From positions 583,505-647,504 of the forward strand of contig CAWILO010000022.1 in assembly GCA_963836955.1 (NCBI GenBank): DNA of 64,000 nucleotides. The letters run 5' to 3'. The stretch comes from an uncultured delta proteobacterium. Lineage in GTDB: Bacteria; Desulfobacterota; Binatia; Binatales; Binataceae. Made by a program: the position numbers and the translations under genes. The notes under the pieces are model-generated. The model did no database searches. It saw only the letters and a program-made list of their open reading frames with translations, and had not been told where the DNA came from. This document shows, piece by piece, positions 1 to 9,933 of the stretch; the stretch's first letter is position 1; each line of letters begins with the position of its first letter.

Positions 1-540
1 CCTCTGCGTCTTCAGCAGATCGATCGCAAGTGGATGCACCTCGGTGGCAGGATGAATTCCGGCGCTGAATGCACGGAAATCCTTGCCGCTCCATCGTTGC
101 AGGATGGCCTCGGCTATAATGCTGCAAGCTGCGTTGTCGCGGCAGACAAATAAAACTTTGTAGCCGTCATTCGTTTTTTGTCCGCTGTCTGGAACGGCCG
201 CGTTATGTCGGCAGGCCTCGGGCGGTGGCTCACGTTTATTGCTTTGCATCGACAATCCTCCGAACTCTTTTGCCGCGCTTTGCATCTGCGGACATTCTTG
301 AAGCGCGATCCGTGCCAAGCATGGGCGCGGGCTGATCTGCTGCCGGAAATTTTCTCGGGCTGTATCGCCACGCACCAGTACGGTCAGGTGCATGGTGCTA
401 AAGGCGACAGTTTCGGACGACATCTGAGTTAACAATCCCGTAACTTTGCCAAGATTTCCTCAAAGTCGCGCAAATGCTTTTGTGTTGCGAGCAGATTGCA
501 GTCGGACCGGCACGTCGATTGCTTCTGCTTCGTTCCCGTC

Positions 541-2421
541 GTGAAAAAGGAATTGGCACGGCCCGTCGCGAGTCGGGATTCGTTTGAAGCGCTGATCTCG
601 AAACTTCGTGAACTCCTCGGTTCGCTAGTTAAGCACGAGCACGATCTTCGCGAGCGTGTCTCGGCTGTCCATCCCTCGTATCGAAAAAGCGCGCTCAATT
701 TGATCCACTATCTGGCGCTTCGACACCAAGATATTCGGACGCTCCAGGACGAACTCGCGGCCCTGGGCCTATCATCCCTCGGCAGGACCGAAGCTCATGT
801 GGTGAGCACGCTGAATGCTGTGCTCGTCGCGCTCAATCATTTGGCGGGGCGGAAGACCGATGTGCAGGCGCCGTCGGAGTTTCCAGGGTTCCGTGAAGGC
901 AAATCGTTGCTCGCAGTGCATACCGAAGCGCTGCTCGGTCCGGTGCCGAAACATCGCGGTGTCCGCATCATGGTCACGATGTCATCGGCGGCGGCAGATG
1001 ACTATCCACTGGTGCGCAATCTCATCTCTCATGGGATGAACTGCATGAGAATTAACTGCGCGCATGACACACCGGAAATCTGGGGTCGGATGGTCAATCA
1101 CCTGGAGCGCGCGCGGAAGGAATTGGCCCTGCCCTGCCGTATTCTAATGGATATCGCCGGGCCGAAGCTGCGCACCGGAGCGATAGAACCGGGACCCCGG
1201 GTGGTCGTGTGGCATCCCAAGCGCGATAGCTTTGGATGCGTAAAGAAGCCGGCGCGAATTTGGCTGAAGCCCGCCGAGGGAAGTTACTCTCTTCCGGCGG
1301 ACGCGGACGCGGCCTTGCCGGTAACAGCCGAATGGCTTGCGGAGGTGCGATCTGGTGAACGCGTCCACTTCAAAGATGCACGCGGAAAACGACGCGTTCT
1401 GGAAGTGGTCGGCGGCAGCGACCGAGGGCGATGGGCTCGATGCAGCCAGACTGCCTACGTCACTCCGGGAACGGTATTGTTGCGCGACGACGCGGGAATC
1501 GACGCAAGGCGCGAAGCGCAGGTCGGAGATCTACCCCCGCGCGAGAGTGGAATCCTGCTTCACAATGGCGACTTCCTGCTACTCACCCGTGAACCCATTG
1601 TGGGAAAGGGCGCTTCGATCGATTCGGAAGGAAGGACGGTGAGTCCTGCGATGATCTCGTGCACCCTTCCTGAAATTTTCCCAGCGGTTCGCGTAGGCGA
1701 GAAAATCTGGTTCGATGACGGCAAGATCGGTGGAATCGTGAGGGAGGTTGGTCCGGACGCGCTTCGCATTGAAATTACCCAGGCCAAAGCCAGCGGCGAT
1801 CGCTTAGGAGCCGACAAAGGTATCAATCTGCCTGATACGAGGATTGATCTACCCGCGCTAACGAAGAAAGATTTCGATGACCTGGAGTTTATAGTTCGAC
1901 ACGCGGACCTGGTCGGGATGTCATTCGTGCGCCATGAGCGCGACATCCTTGAACTTCAATCGCGACTGCGGGAGCTTGGCGGCGATCACCTGGGAATCGT
2001 GCTGAAAATCGAGACGCGACAGAGCTTCGAACGCTTGCCCGGCCTCATGCTGGCCGCGATGCGGCAGCATCCGGTGGGAATCATGATCGCACGGGGAGAC
2101 CTGGCGGTAGAGTGCGGGTACGAACGGCTGGCCGAGGTTCAGGAGGAAATTCTCTGGATCTGTGAGGCGGCGCATTTGCCGGTAATCTGGGCGACGCAGG
2201 TGCTTGAGTCGCTCGCGAAGAAAGGTCACCCGTCACGCGCCGAGATCACTGACGCGGCGATGGGAGAACGTGCGGAGTGCGTGATGCTCAACAAGGGGCC
2301 GCACATCGTGGCGGCAGTCAGCGCGCTCGACGACATTTTGCGGCGCATGCAAGACCATCAGTCCAAGAAGTCGTCGCGCCTTCGCCCGCTACATTTGAGC
2401 GCGATGCAGGAATCGGATTAA
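541..2421 (+). CDS. pyk: Pyruvate kinase, atypical (N-terminal extension, enlarged B domain, no C-terminal regulatory domain)
   Basis: Motifs RINCAH, DIAGPKLRTG, KGINLP, KIET, IARGDLAVE, WATQVLES, PSRAEITDA. The ORF is open from 496; GTG at 541 is the more plausible start. Confidence 0.9.
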   Translation: MKKELARPVASRDSFEALISKLRELLGSLVKHEHDLRERVSAVHPSYRKSALNLIHYLALRHQDIRTLQDELAALGLSSLGRTEAHVVSTLNAVLVALNHLAGRKTDVQAPSEFPGFREGKSLLAVHTEALLGPVPKHRGVRIMVTMSSAAADDYPLVRNLISHGMNCMRINCAHDTPEIWGRMVNHLERARKELALPCRILMDIAGPKLRTGAIEPGPRVVVWHPKRDSFGCVKKPARIWLKPAEGSYSLPADADAALPVTAEWLAEVRSGERVHFKDARGKRRVLEVVGGSDRGRWARCSQTAYVTPGTVLLRDDAGIDARREAQVGDLPPRESGILLHNGDFLLLTREPIVGKGASIDSEGRTVSPAMISCTLPEIFPAVRVGEKIWFDDGKIGGIVREVGPDALRIEITQAKASGDRLGADKGINLPDTRIDLPALTKKDFDDLEFIVRHADLVGMSFVRHERDILELQSRLRELGGDHLGIVLKIETRQSFERLPGLMLAAMRQHPVGIMIARGDLAVECGYERLAEVQEEILWICEAAHLPVIWATQVLESLAKKGHPSRAEITDAAMGERAECVMLNKGPHIVAAVSALDDILRRMQDHQSKKSSRLRPLHLSAMQESD

Positions 2422-2452
2422 CCGTGGCTTTCGGTTGGATCATTAAAACTCG

Positions 2453-2857
2453 ATGAACACGCTCTTCAAATCGATTCTGTGTCCGATTGACTTCGATGAT
2501 TTGTATCTCGACGCTCTAGAATTGAGCAAAAGCCTGGCTCTGCAAAACAATGCCAAGCTCTATGTGATCAACGTCATGTCTGAATATGGCTCGGAGCATG
2601 GCTGGGAAGCAGGCGTTAGAGCCAGTTTGCAACGGCATGCACGGACACAACTGGCCGGCCAGGTTCCCTATGAGTTCGTGATCCATACCGGCGAAGTCGT
2701 TAGTGAAATACTGTCGGCGGTTCAAACATTCGAGGCCGACCTGATTGTTATTCCAACCCACGGGCGCCGCGGGCTGAAACGCTTGACGCTAGGAAGCGTA
2801 GCTGAGCGGGTTATTCGCGAATCGCCCGTACCTGTGCTTACGCTCAGAGCGCGGTAA
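2453..2857 (+). CDS. Universal stress protein
   Basis: FKSILCPIDF at the N-terminus; DLIVIPTHGRRG..LGSVAERVIRESPVPVL. Confidence 0.92.
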   Translation: MNTLFKSILCPIDFDDLYLDALELSKSLALQNNAKLYVINVMSEYGSEHGWEAGVRASLQRHARTQLAGQVPYEFVIHTGEVVSEILSAVQTFEADLIVIPTHGRRGLKRLTLGSVAERVIRESPVPVLTLRAR

Positions 2858-2885
2858 GAAAAATGCAAATCATCTGGCGGAGCAC

Positions 2886-5408
2886 ATGGGCCAGGTAGCT
2901 CGCGCCCTGGAGAGAAAGGATACACTCTCCGCCGGCGACGAATCTGCAATCGGCCTTTCCAGCGCCGAGGCGGAACGACGCTTCGCGGAGTTCGGTCCCA
3001 ACGAGCCCGTGCCGGCAAAGATCGCGGGGCCGTTATTTCAATTCCTTCGGTTCTGCGCCAACCCGCTTGTCCTGATACTGCTGGTCGCGAGCGCAACCTC
3101 GGCGTTGCTGGGACAGGCGGTCGACGCGATCATAATTGCCGCAATGGTCGTGCTGAGCGTAGTACTCAACTTCATTCAGGCTTACCGCTCGGAAAAAGCA
3201 GTGCAGCGCCTCAGGGATCAGGTGGCGCCCACCGCCACCGTTAAACGCGACGGAAACTGGATCGAACTGACGCGGCGTCAGATCGTGCCCGGCGACGTCG
3301 TACGCCTTTCGGCCGGCGATTTGGTTCCTGCGGACGCACGCTTGCTGCGAAGCCAGGATCTTCACGTTCAGCAGGCGGCATTGACCGGCGAATCGATGCC
3401 GGTGGAGAAGTACGTTGGCGGGGGAGAGTCTGACGCGAACGACGCGACGCGTCCCGACCTTGTCTTCCTGGGTACATCAGTGGTGAGCGGAACGGCGACC
3501 GCGCTTGTAGTTGCGACTGGCCCGCGCACCAGCTTCGGAGATATCGCGGCGCGACTCTCCGAACGCCCTCCGGAGACCGAATTCGATCGCGGCACGCGGC
3601 AATTCGGGATCCTGATCATGAAAACCGTTTTCTTTCTCGTGCTGTTCATACTGGTGGTCAGCGTCGGGATGCATCGGGACGCGCTCGAGTCGCTGCTCTT
3701 CGCGGTCGCGCTCGCGGTAGGCCTGACCCCGGAGTTCCTGCCAATGATCACGACGGTCACGCTCTCGATGGGCGCGCTGAGAATGGCGCGTAGTAAAGTG
3801 ATCGTGAAACATCTCGACGCTATAGAGAATCTCGGCAGCATCGACCTGCTCTGCAGCGACAAGACCGGAACCCTGACCTCGGGCGAGATGGAGCTGGATT
3901 CGTCGCTCGACCCGTTCGGCGAGCCCTCCGAACGCCCTTTATTTCTCGGGTATCTGAACAGCCGCTTTGAATCGGGAATCGAGAGTCCGCTCGACGCGAG
4001 TATTCTCAAGTGTCCGCCGCCCCAGAATATCGACAGATGCGAAAAGACTGACGAAATTCCCTTTGACTTCGAACGACGCCGGCTCTCAATCGTCGTCAGG
4101 ACCGATGGCGTTTGCATGCTCATCACGAAGGGCGCGCCCGAAGGAGTGCTGGATGCGAGCACTTCGATCGAGGTCGGCGGCAAATGGCGCCCCCTGGGAG
4201 ACGCGGAACGCGAGCGATGTGCTAAAGCGTTCCGCTCGCTGAGTGCAAGCGGTCTGCGAGTCCTTGCCGTCGCGTATCGGCAGCTCGAGCGTGGTGAGGG
4301 GCTGAAGTGCGAGGACGAGCGGGACCTGGTATTCGCGGGATTCCTCACTTTTCTTGATCCGCCACTTGAAGGAGTCTCGAATACTGTCGCAGCGCTGCGG
4401 GAGGACGGCGTCGGGATCAAGATACTGACCGGCGACAACGAGCTGGTGACGAAGCATGTATGCGAGCGTGTCGGAATAGATTGCTCGAAGATCGTGCTCG
4501 GCGCCGAGTTGGAACGTATGACGGATTCAGCACTGTTCCACGTCGCCGAAGAAGCCGACGTTTTCGCACGAGTGTCGCCCGGTCAGAAGAACCGGATCAT
4601 TCGAGCGCTTAAGACCCGCGGCCATGTAGTCGGTTTTCTTGGCGACGGAATCAACGACGCACCCTCCTTGCACGCAGCCGACGTCGGCATCTCCGTGGCG
4701 GGCGCCGTCGATGTGGCACGGGACGCGGCGGACATCATTCTCCTCGAGCACGGGCTGAATGTTCTGCACGGCGGGATCATCGAGGGTCGCAAGGCGTTCG
4801 GGAACGTCCTGAAATATATCCTGATGGGGACCAGTTCGAATTTCGGCAATATGTTCAGCATGGCGGCAGCGACGCTGTTTCTACCGTTCCTGCCGATGCT
4901 ACCGACGCAAATCCTTCTGAATAATTTTCTTTATGATCTTGCGCAGGTGACGATTCCGACCGACAACGTGGACCCGGCGTACATTCAGTCTCCGCAGAAA
5001 TGGAACGTCAGGATCATTCGCAACTTCATGATAGCGATCGGGCCGATCAGCTCGATCTTCGACTTTCTGACGTTCTACATCCTGCTAACGGTGTTTCGCT
5101 CATCCGAAGCGCTGTTCCACACGGGATGGTTCGTCGAGTCGCTCGCAACTCAGACCTTGGTGCTCTTCGTAATCCGCACCGCACGCAGACCATGGAGCAA
5201 TCGCCCAAGTCTGCCTCTCGCTTCGACCACAATAATGATCGTGATAGTAGGTTTGCTCCTGCCCTTCTCTCCGCTGGCGGAGCGCCTCGGGTTTGTTCCC
5301 TTACCAGTTGGGTTCTTTCTCTTCCTCACTGTCGCGGTCGTCATCTATTTGATGCTCGTCGAGATAGTTAAGGGCAGACTGGTGCGATCATTTCTCTTGC
5401 GAGCGTAG
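2886..5408 (+). CDS. mgtA: Magnesium-translocating P-type ATPase
   Basis: TGES, AVGLTPEFLP, DKTGTLT, KGAPE, GDGINDAP, SSNFGNMFS, NNFLYD, FHTGWFVESL. Confidence 0.92.
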   Translation: MGQVARALERKDTLSAGDESAIGLSSAEAERRFAEFGPNEPVPAKIAGPLFQFLRFCANPLVLILLVASATSALLGQAVDAIIIAAMVVLSVVLNFIQAYRSEKAVQRLRDQVAPTATVKRDGNWIELTRRQIVPGDVVRLSAGDLVPADARLLRSQDLHVQQAALTGESMPVEKYVGGGESDANDATRPDLVFLGTSVVSGTATALVVATGPRTSFGDIAARLSERPPETEFDRGTRQFGILIMKTVFFLVLFILVVSVGMHRDALESLLFAVALAVGLTPEFLPMITTVTLSMGALRMARSKVIVKHLDAIENLGSIDLLCSDKTGTLTSGEMELDSSLDPFGEPSERPLFLGYLNSRFESGIESPLDASILKCPPPQNIDRCEKTDEIPFDFERRRLSIVVRTDGVCMLITKGAPEGVLDASTSIEVGGKWRPLGDAERERCAKAFRSLSASGLRVLAVAYRQLERGEGLKCEDERDLVFAGFLTFLDPPLEGVSNTVAALREDGVGIKILTGDNELVTKHVCERVGIDCSKIVLGAELERMTDSALFHVAEEADVFARVSPGQKNRIIRALKTRGHVVGFLGDGINDAPSLHAADVGISVAGAVDVARDAADIILLEHGLNVLHGGIIEGRKAFGNVLKYILMGTSSNFGNMFSMAAATLFLPFLPMLPTQILLNNFLYDLAQVTIPTDNVDPAYIQSPQKWNVRIIRNFMIAIGPISSIFDFLTFYILLTVFRSSEALFHTGWFVESLATQTLVLFVIRTARRPWSNRPSLPLASTTIMIVIVGLLLPFSPLAERLGFVPLPVGFFLFLTVAVVIYLMLVEIVKGRLVRSFLLRA

Positions 5409-5532
5409 CATCGCACCGCGCCGGAGCTGCGTTAGGATTGGAAGGCCTTTCTGAGCGATCATGACACCAACCGGTCAACTGCGTTCCACCGCCTCATAGA
5501 TTTTGGTCCTCGTGGTCGAGGGCGCTGCTGCT

Positions 5533-6597
5533 ATGCAAACTGATTCAAGGGACCTGAAGAAAGCGATCAGGCAATATCTCCATAACATTCATCGGGAGGT
5601 CGACAGCGCCGCACTATATCGAGCTTTGTCTGTTGAAGAGCACAAACCTGAAATCGCGGAAGTCTACAAGCGCCTTGCCGCGATCGAGCAAGCGCACAAA
5701 GAATTCTGGAAACAACGACTTGCCGAGCTTGGTCACCAGATCCCTGAGTTCAGCGTCAGCTGGCGCACTAGAGCCTTGATCTGGCTTGCCCGCCGCCGCG
5801 GTCCCGATTTCGTGGTACCGGTCGTTAGCACACTCGAGCGGGCTGACGTCGGAGACTACGATGCGCAATCCGAAGCCGTCGCCGGCGGACTCAACGCGGC
5901 CGAGAGGTCGCACGCACGTATCATCCGAGCGGTCGCGGCTACCGTTCCAAATATGTCGATCGGTCCGCTGGCAAACGCATTGCGTGCTGCGGTGCTCGGC
6001 GCCAACGACGGGCTCGCATCGAACTTGAGCCTTGTCATGGGAGTGTCCGGAGCACATCTGGCATCCCACGCGATCCTGGTCACTGGATTATCGGGCTTGG
6101 TCGCAGGCGCCTGCGCAATGGCGATGGGCGAGTGGTTGTCGGTCAGTACCTCTCGGGAGAGCCACGAGACGGGGATTGATGTCGAGGCCAGAGAACCAGC
6201 CGAGATTTCTGAAGAGGAGAGGGTGCATCTGGCCAACATCTATTCGGCCCACGGTTTCAGGGCCGATGAGGCTCGAGCATTGGCCGACCGCCTGGCCGTC
6301 TCAAAGCCCGAGGACTTCGGCGGCTATGCATGGAGCGCCGCCACCTCGTCTTTTCTTTTATTTGCAACCGGCGCTTCCGTTCCGGTGGTGCCCTTCTTCT
6401 TCCTGACAGGTACCACTGCCATGCTCGCGAGCGTCCTAATAAGTTCAGCTGTGCTGTTTCTGATTGGCGCAGGAGCGACACTCTTCACCGGGCGAAGCTT
6501 CGTTTTCTCAGGAATTCGACAACTCCTCGTTGGGCTAGCCGCTGCTGGTGTGACTTATGCGCTGGGTCACTTAATAGGTGGAGCATTGTCGAGTTAG
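5533..6597 (+). CDS. Rubrerythrin/ferritin-like domain fused to VIT1/CCC1 Fe/Mn transporter
   Basis: N-terminal EVDSAALY..IEQAH; LRAAVLGANDGL, GLSGLVAGACAMAMGEWLSV; hydrophobic C-terminus. Confidence 0.88.
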   Translation: MQTDSRDLKKAIRQYLHNIHREVDSAALYRALSVEEHKPEIAEVYKRLAAIEQAHKEFWKQRLAELGHQIPEFSVSWRTRALIWLARRRGPDFVVPVVSTLERADVGDYDAQSEAVAGGLNAAERSHARIIRAVAATVPNMSIGPLANALRAAVLGANDGLASNLSLVMGVSGAHLASHAILVTGLSGLVAGACAMAMGEWLSVSTSRESHETGIDVEAREPAEISEEERVHLANIYSAHGFRADEARALADRLAVSKPEDFGGYAWSAATSSFLLFATGASVPVVPFFFLTGTTAMLASVLISSAVLFLIGAGATLFTGRSFVFSGIRQLLVGLAAAGVTYALGHLIGGALSS

Positions 6598-6894
6598 GAC
6601 CTCCCACGCCCGTACCTGCTCGTGGAGGGCTACGTTGCGTGGCTCCCGGCCGGCGACCTGGCTCCAGCCGCGGCCGGACTCTCCGACTTCCATCAGCTTC
6701 CGCCACCTGAATAGCTGGCGCGATGACTTGATGGACGGCAGGCGGCGCGCTCTCCGATCTTCCCGCTCTCGCGTGATGCGCTGGGCCCCCCGCTGAACAG
6801 AAGTTATTGCTTAAGCGTTAGACAGAAATCGTAACGGGCGCCCACCTGAGAGACGTCGGGATTGTCGACGATAATCGCGAGTTATGCGAGGCGC

Positions 6895-7482
6895 TCACGG
6901 ATCTCTTGTCTCTCCAGGGCCACGCTGTCCAATGTGCAGCGAATGGTTGGAAGCCGATGTAATTTGTCCCAGTGTGTCGTACAATTCTTCCTCGACGGCG
7001 CGGAATCGTCGGATTCGACTATCTGGAGACACTCCATCATTTAGAACATCAACCATTTTCAGTTTGGCTCTCACGGACTGTAGGTGCCATTTTTCGTCTT
7101 CGACCAGCCTGGCCATGAGATCTCGCGGACGAGTGTCGAGACTCCCGAGAGCAGAATGCGTTTGGTAGCTTTTGAGGAGAAACTCTTCAACCAGAACTAT
7201 CTCTCGAAGCAGACCGGCGGGTTCATCAAATTGATCTGGCGACGGCCTTTTGTCACATAAAGCATTTACATTCCGGTGCAGGTTGTGGGTTCCCAAGAGA
7301 TCCAGTTGCTCGCTCCATAGCGAAGCGTGACGAGTTTGATCCGCAAGATGGCGCCAGAGCCTCAGCGTGAACCGATCGGATCGAGGCAAAATCAGCAATT
7401 TGATTAGTAGGCGCGAGACGTACAGATCGGTCTCGCGGTAAAAGGCAAAAAGCCGCTCTTGGATATTTTGTACGCTCTGCAT
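6895..7482 (-). CDS. Ferritin-like four-helix protein
   Basis: HLADQTRH and LVEDEKWH motifs; RBS GAGG upstream. Confidence 0.65.
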   Translation of the reverse strand: MQSVQNIQERLFAFYRETDLYVSRLLIKLLILPRSDRFTLRLWRHLADQTRHASLWSEQLDLLGTHNLHRNVNALCDKRPSPDQFDEPAGLLREIVLVEEFLLKSYQTHSALGSLDTRPRDLMARLVEDEKWHLQSVRAKLKMVDVLNDGVSPDSRIRRFRAVEEELYDTLGQITSASNHSLHIGQRGPGETRDP

Positions 7483-7528
7483 TTGCCGATTTCCTCAAGG
7501 TGCATGCCATCAGGTTACGGGGTACGGT

Positions 7529-7735
7529 TTAGGCGCAGCCGCAGTCGCAGGTAGCAGGCTTCAACTTCCATTGTTCGGGTACCATCGACGATCCGTGCTG
7601 CCAGTACGGGGCGAAGCATGTTCTACATTCTCCGTCAAAATGGAAAATGCCAATCTGTTCGCCCGCTGCGTGCTGCGATCGAGTGTTGATGATCTCCAAT
7701 TCGTGTGTGGCACCGACTTTTTTACAAAGCATCAT
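7529..7735 (-). CDS. Small Cys-rich hypothetical protein
   Basis: 68 aa with CRTC and terminal CDCGC; fills the gap in a co-oriented gene run; weak RBS. Confidence 0.45.
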   Translation of the reverse strand: MMLCKKVGATHELEIINTRSQHAAGEQIGIFHFDGECRTCFAPYWQHGSSMVPEQWKLKPATCDCGCA

Positions 7736-7759
7736 TGATAATGTCGTAAGTTTCTGCGT

Positions 7760-8002
7760 CTATATCGACACCGTAACCTCACGGTCCAAGCCAACGTGGA
7801 GTAACTCAAGAATCCCATTAACGTAGATATCCGCCGAGATGCCGCTATCGAATTCAAATTGGACGATCCCATCACTGTCCGTGTGGTCCGTGAGATTGTT
7901 TGGGGAAGTGTCACGGTAAATAACGATCACCACCCGTGCGCCGGATACGGGCGTGTCGTCCTCGTCCACTACGCGGACATTTAGATACGGCAAGTCTTTC
8001 AC
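7760..8002 (-). CDS. Small beta-sandwich protein (carboxypeptidase regulatory-like/transthyretin-like)
   Basis: VRVVDEDDTPVSGARV...TDSDG pattern; GAGAGG RBS before GTG. Confidence 0.65.
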   Translation of the reverse strand: MKDLPYLNVRVVDEDDTPVSGARVVIVIYRDTSPNNLTDHTDSDGIVQFEFDSGISADIYVNGILELLHVGLDREVTVSI

Positions 8003-8023
8003 CTCTCGCGTGCTTAGGTCCCC

Positions 8024-8459
8024 TCAGGACTTTCGCCGGAAGACCAGGACCGAGCACGGCGCGGCGCGCACCAGCTTCTCGGCCACGCTTCCGATCATTA
8101 GATGCTCGATGCCGGTCCGTCCGTGGGTTGCGTGCAAGATCAGGTCGATCCGCTGGTCCTTCGCATATTCGACCAGTTTCGGAACCGGCGGTCCGACCAT
8201 CACTTGAGTGAAGACCTTGGTGGAATTTCCGCAATTGTCTTCCGTATGCGCACGAGTTCCTCTTCAGCCTCCTCCACCATCAGGGTCTCACGCGCCTGCT
8301 CGGGCATTTTGTCCAGTAACGCGAAATGAGGCGCGACTACGTGCACGATATGCAGCTCGCCGTCGAGGTCCTTCGCCAGCTCCATCGCACCGCGTAACGC
8401 TTCCATCGAGTATTCCGAAAAGTCGATCGGAGCGAGGATTTTCTTTAGATTTTGAATCA
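8024..8459 (-). pseudogene. Universal stress protein, frameshifted near 8240
   Basis: MIQNLKKILAPIDFS... continues after a 1-nt shift as ..HATHGRTGIEHLMIGSVAEKLVRAAPCSVLV. Confidence 0.85.
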
Positions 8460-8509
8460 TAAGAAGCCTCCGAGAATTCTGCAATTGGCAGGCGTCTAGA
8501 CCGTGGCCG

Positions 8510-8938
8510 TTACGGCGAGCGAATATACCTTCGGAGATCGTCCGCTTCGGACTGGACCTCTTCGAGACGCTGCTTCACGACATCGCCGATGCTGACGATG
8601 CCATGAAGTGCTCCATTCTGAATGACTGGCAGATGGCGTATGCGCTGCAGTGTCATCACCTCCATGAGATCGACGAGTTCGTCCTCGGACGAGCAAGTTT
8701 TAACGTCACGGGTCATCAATTGGTCGGCCGGCAGTGCCGGCACCGCCTCGGCATGCTCCGACATTCCGCGGATGATGTCGCGCTCGGAGATGATCCCTAT
8801 GATCTGACCTCGCCCGTTGACTACCGGTACGGCGCCGATCCGATTTTGCGCGAGCACCTTGACGACCGCCGTGACGGTCTGTTGCGGTGCTACAGAATGA
8901 CCTTTTTGCTTCAGGACCGACGAAACCTTGGTTCCCAT
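8510..8938 (-). CDS. CBS-domain pair protein
   Basis: IGAVPVV..GIISERDII; MTLQRIRHLPV..GIVSIGDVVK. Confidence 0.92.
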   Translation of the reverse strand: MGTKVSSVLKQKGHSVAPQQTVTAVVKVLAQNRIGAVPVVNGRGQIIGIISERDIIRGMSEHAEAVPALPADQLMTRDVKTCSSEDELVDLMEVMTLQRIRHLPVIQNGALHGIVSIGDVVKQRLEEVQSEADDLRRYIRSP

Positions 8939-9118
8939 GTTTCGACCTCCCGGCTTTAAATATCAGGGCCATACGGGCCGCAGTCGTCTTGGCTCCTCGA
9001 TTACAAAAGCTCCGTGGCTCCGGAAAAACTGTCCTCCACACAGCCGAGCGCATATTGGGAAATTGGAGGGGCAAGCAGGTGCTGCAGATGAATCGTGAGT
9101 TGATAGAGCGATCATCGA

Positions 9119-9334
9119 CTAAGTTTTGGATTGAACGGTTGGGAAAGGCGCCTTGATCGCCTTCCTAAGCGACTTTGCTGCCGGGTTGCACCCGAGAGAG
9201 CCGGCCTTCGCTCTACTTAGTAGTTCTTCGATCTCTGATTCCTTACGTTTGTGATCCGAGCGCAGATGCGTCTGGATCGAACGCTCACTTGCGGTTCGCA
9301 GGCCACACAGAGGGCATTGGTTCGAATCATTCAT
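9119..9334 (-). CDS. Small C2H2 zinc-finger protein
   Basis: CPLC-x12-H-x4-H spacing (CPLCGLRTASERSIQTHLRSDH). Confidence 0.6.
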   Translation of the reverse strand: MNDSNQCPLCGLRTASERSIQTHLRSDHKRKESEIEELLSRAKAGSLGCNPAAKSLRKAIKAPFPTVQSKT

Positions 9335-9405
9335 GCTACACCATGCGAATGACTCTTTTGTTTGCGAGCGCAGGACCTCGGTCTCACCCTTTATTCAGCG
9401 TCATG

Positions 9406-9819
9406 TTACTTCGCAATATCCTTGGTTGCTCGTGCACGCGGGCTAGCCTCACGTTGCCGACGCTCCTTTCTCTGCCTGTGGGTGCTCACCGCACCCAGCT
9501 GAGGGACCACCAGTTCAAGTTCCTCGGGACGCTCCAGCAGAGAGGCCGGAATGAAATGGGGTTCATCAATACCTTTGATATTAGGATCGCGATCTTCCAG
9601 ATATCTCATCGCAGTAGTCGTAACCCCGGCCCTGACTGCCGGGTAGTACTGGCGTGCTCTGCTAACCCGGCATTCGAACCTTACGACTATGCGTGGTCTG
9701 CCATTGATTGCTTGCATGGTCTCAACGATTCCGGGCCACCATCGCCCCCTGGCGAGGTGCACGATCCAAATCCAAACCGGCGACCCAGGTTTTAGTCTAT
9801 ATGCTTCGGTAATGCGCAT
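9406..9819 (-). CDS. Hypothetical protein, PWWP/Tudor-like barrel with basic tail (paralog 2)
   Basis: PGSPVWIW..GRWWPG..VRFECR..MRYLEDRDP; clear paralog of the 9934-10395 ORF. Confidence 0.7.
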   Translation of the reverse strand: MRITEAYRLKPGSPVWIWIVHLARGRWWPGIVETMQAINGRPRIVVRFECRVSRARQYYPAVRAGVTTTAMRYLEDRDPNIKGIDEPHFIPASLLERPEELELVVPQLGAVSTHRQRKERRQREASPRARATKDIAK

Positions 9820-9933
9820 TTAGCTTCGCTCTTGAGACGTGGCGCTCATAGAGTCCAAAAACGGACCTATGGAAGCGATTGAGACTCATTTCAACAGACT
9901 GGTTTCCGCCTTACTCCTTCGGCGCCGTTCACT

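Noticed and set aside
3368-4438. Long antisense ORFs (also 15419-16276, 27251-28351, 32099-33046, 51814-52926)
   Set aside because: They are shadows of well-supported GC-rich genes on the opposite strand.
6640-6790. RQLFRWRKLM, resembling an IS orfA HTH fragment (minus strand)
   Set aside because: No start, IRs or partner ORF; insufficient support.
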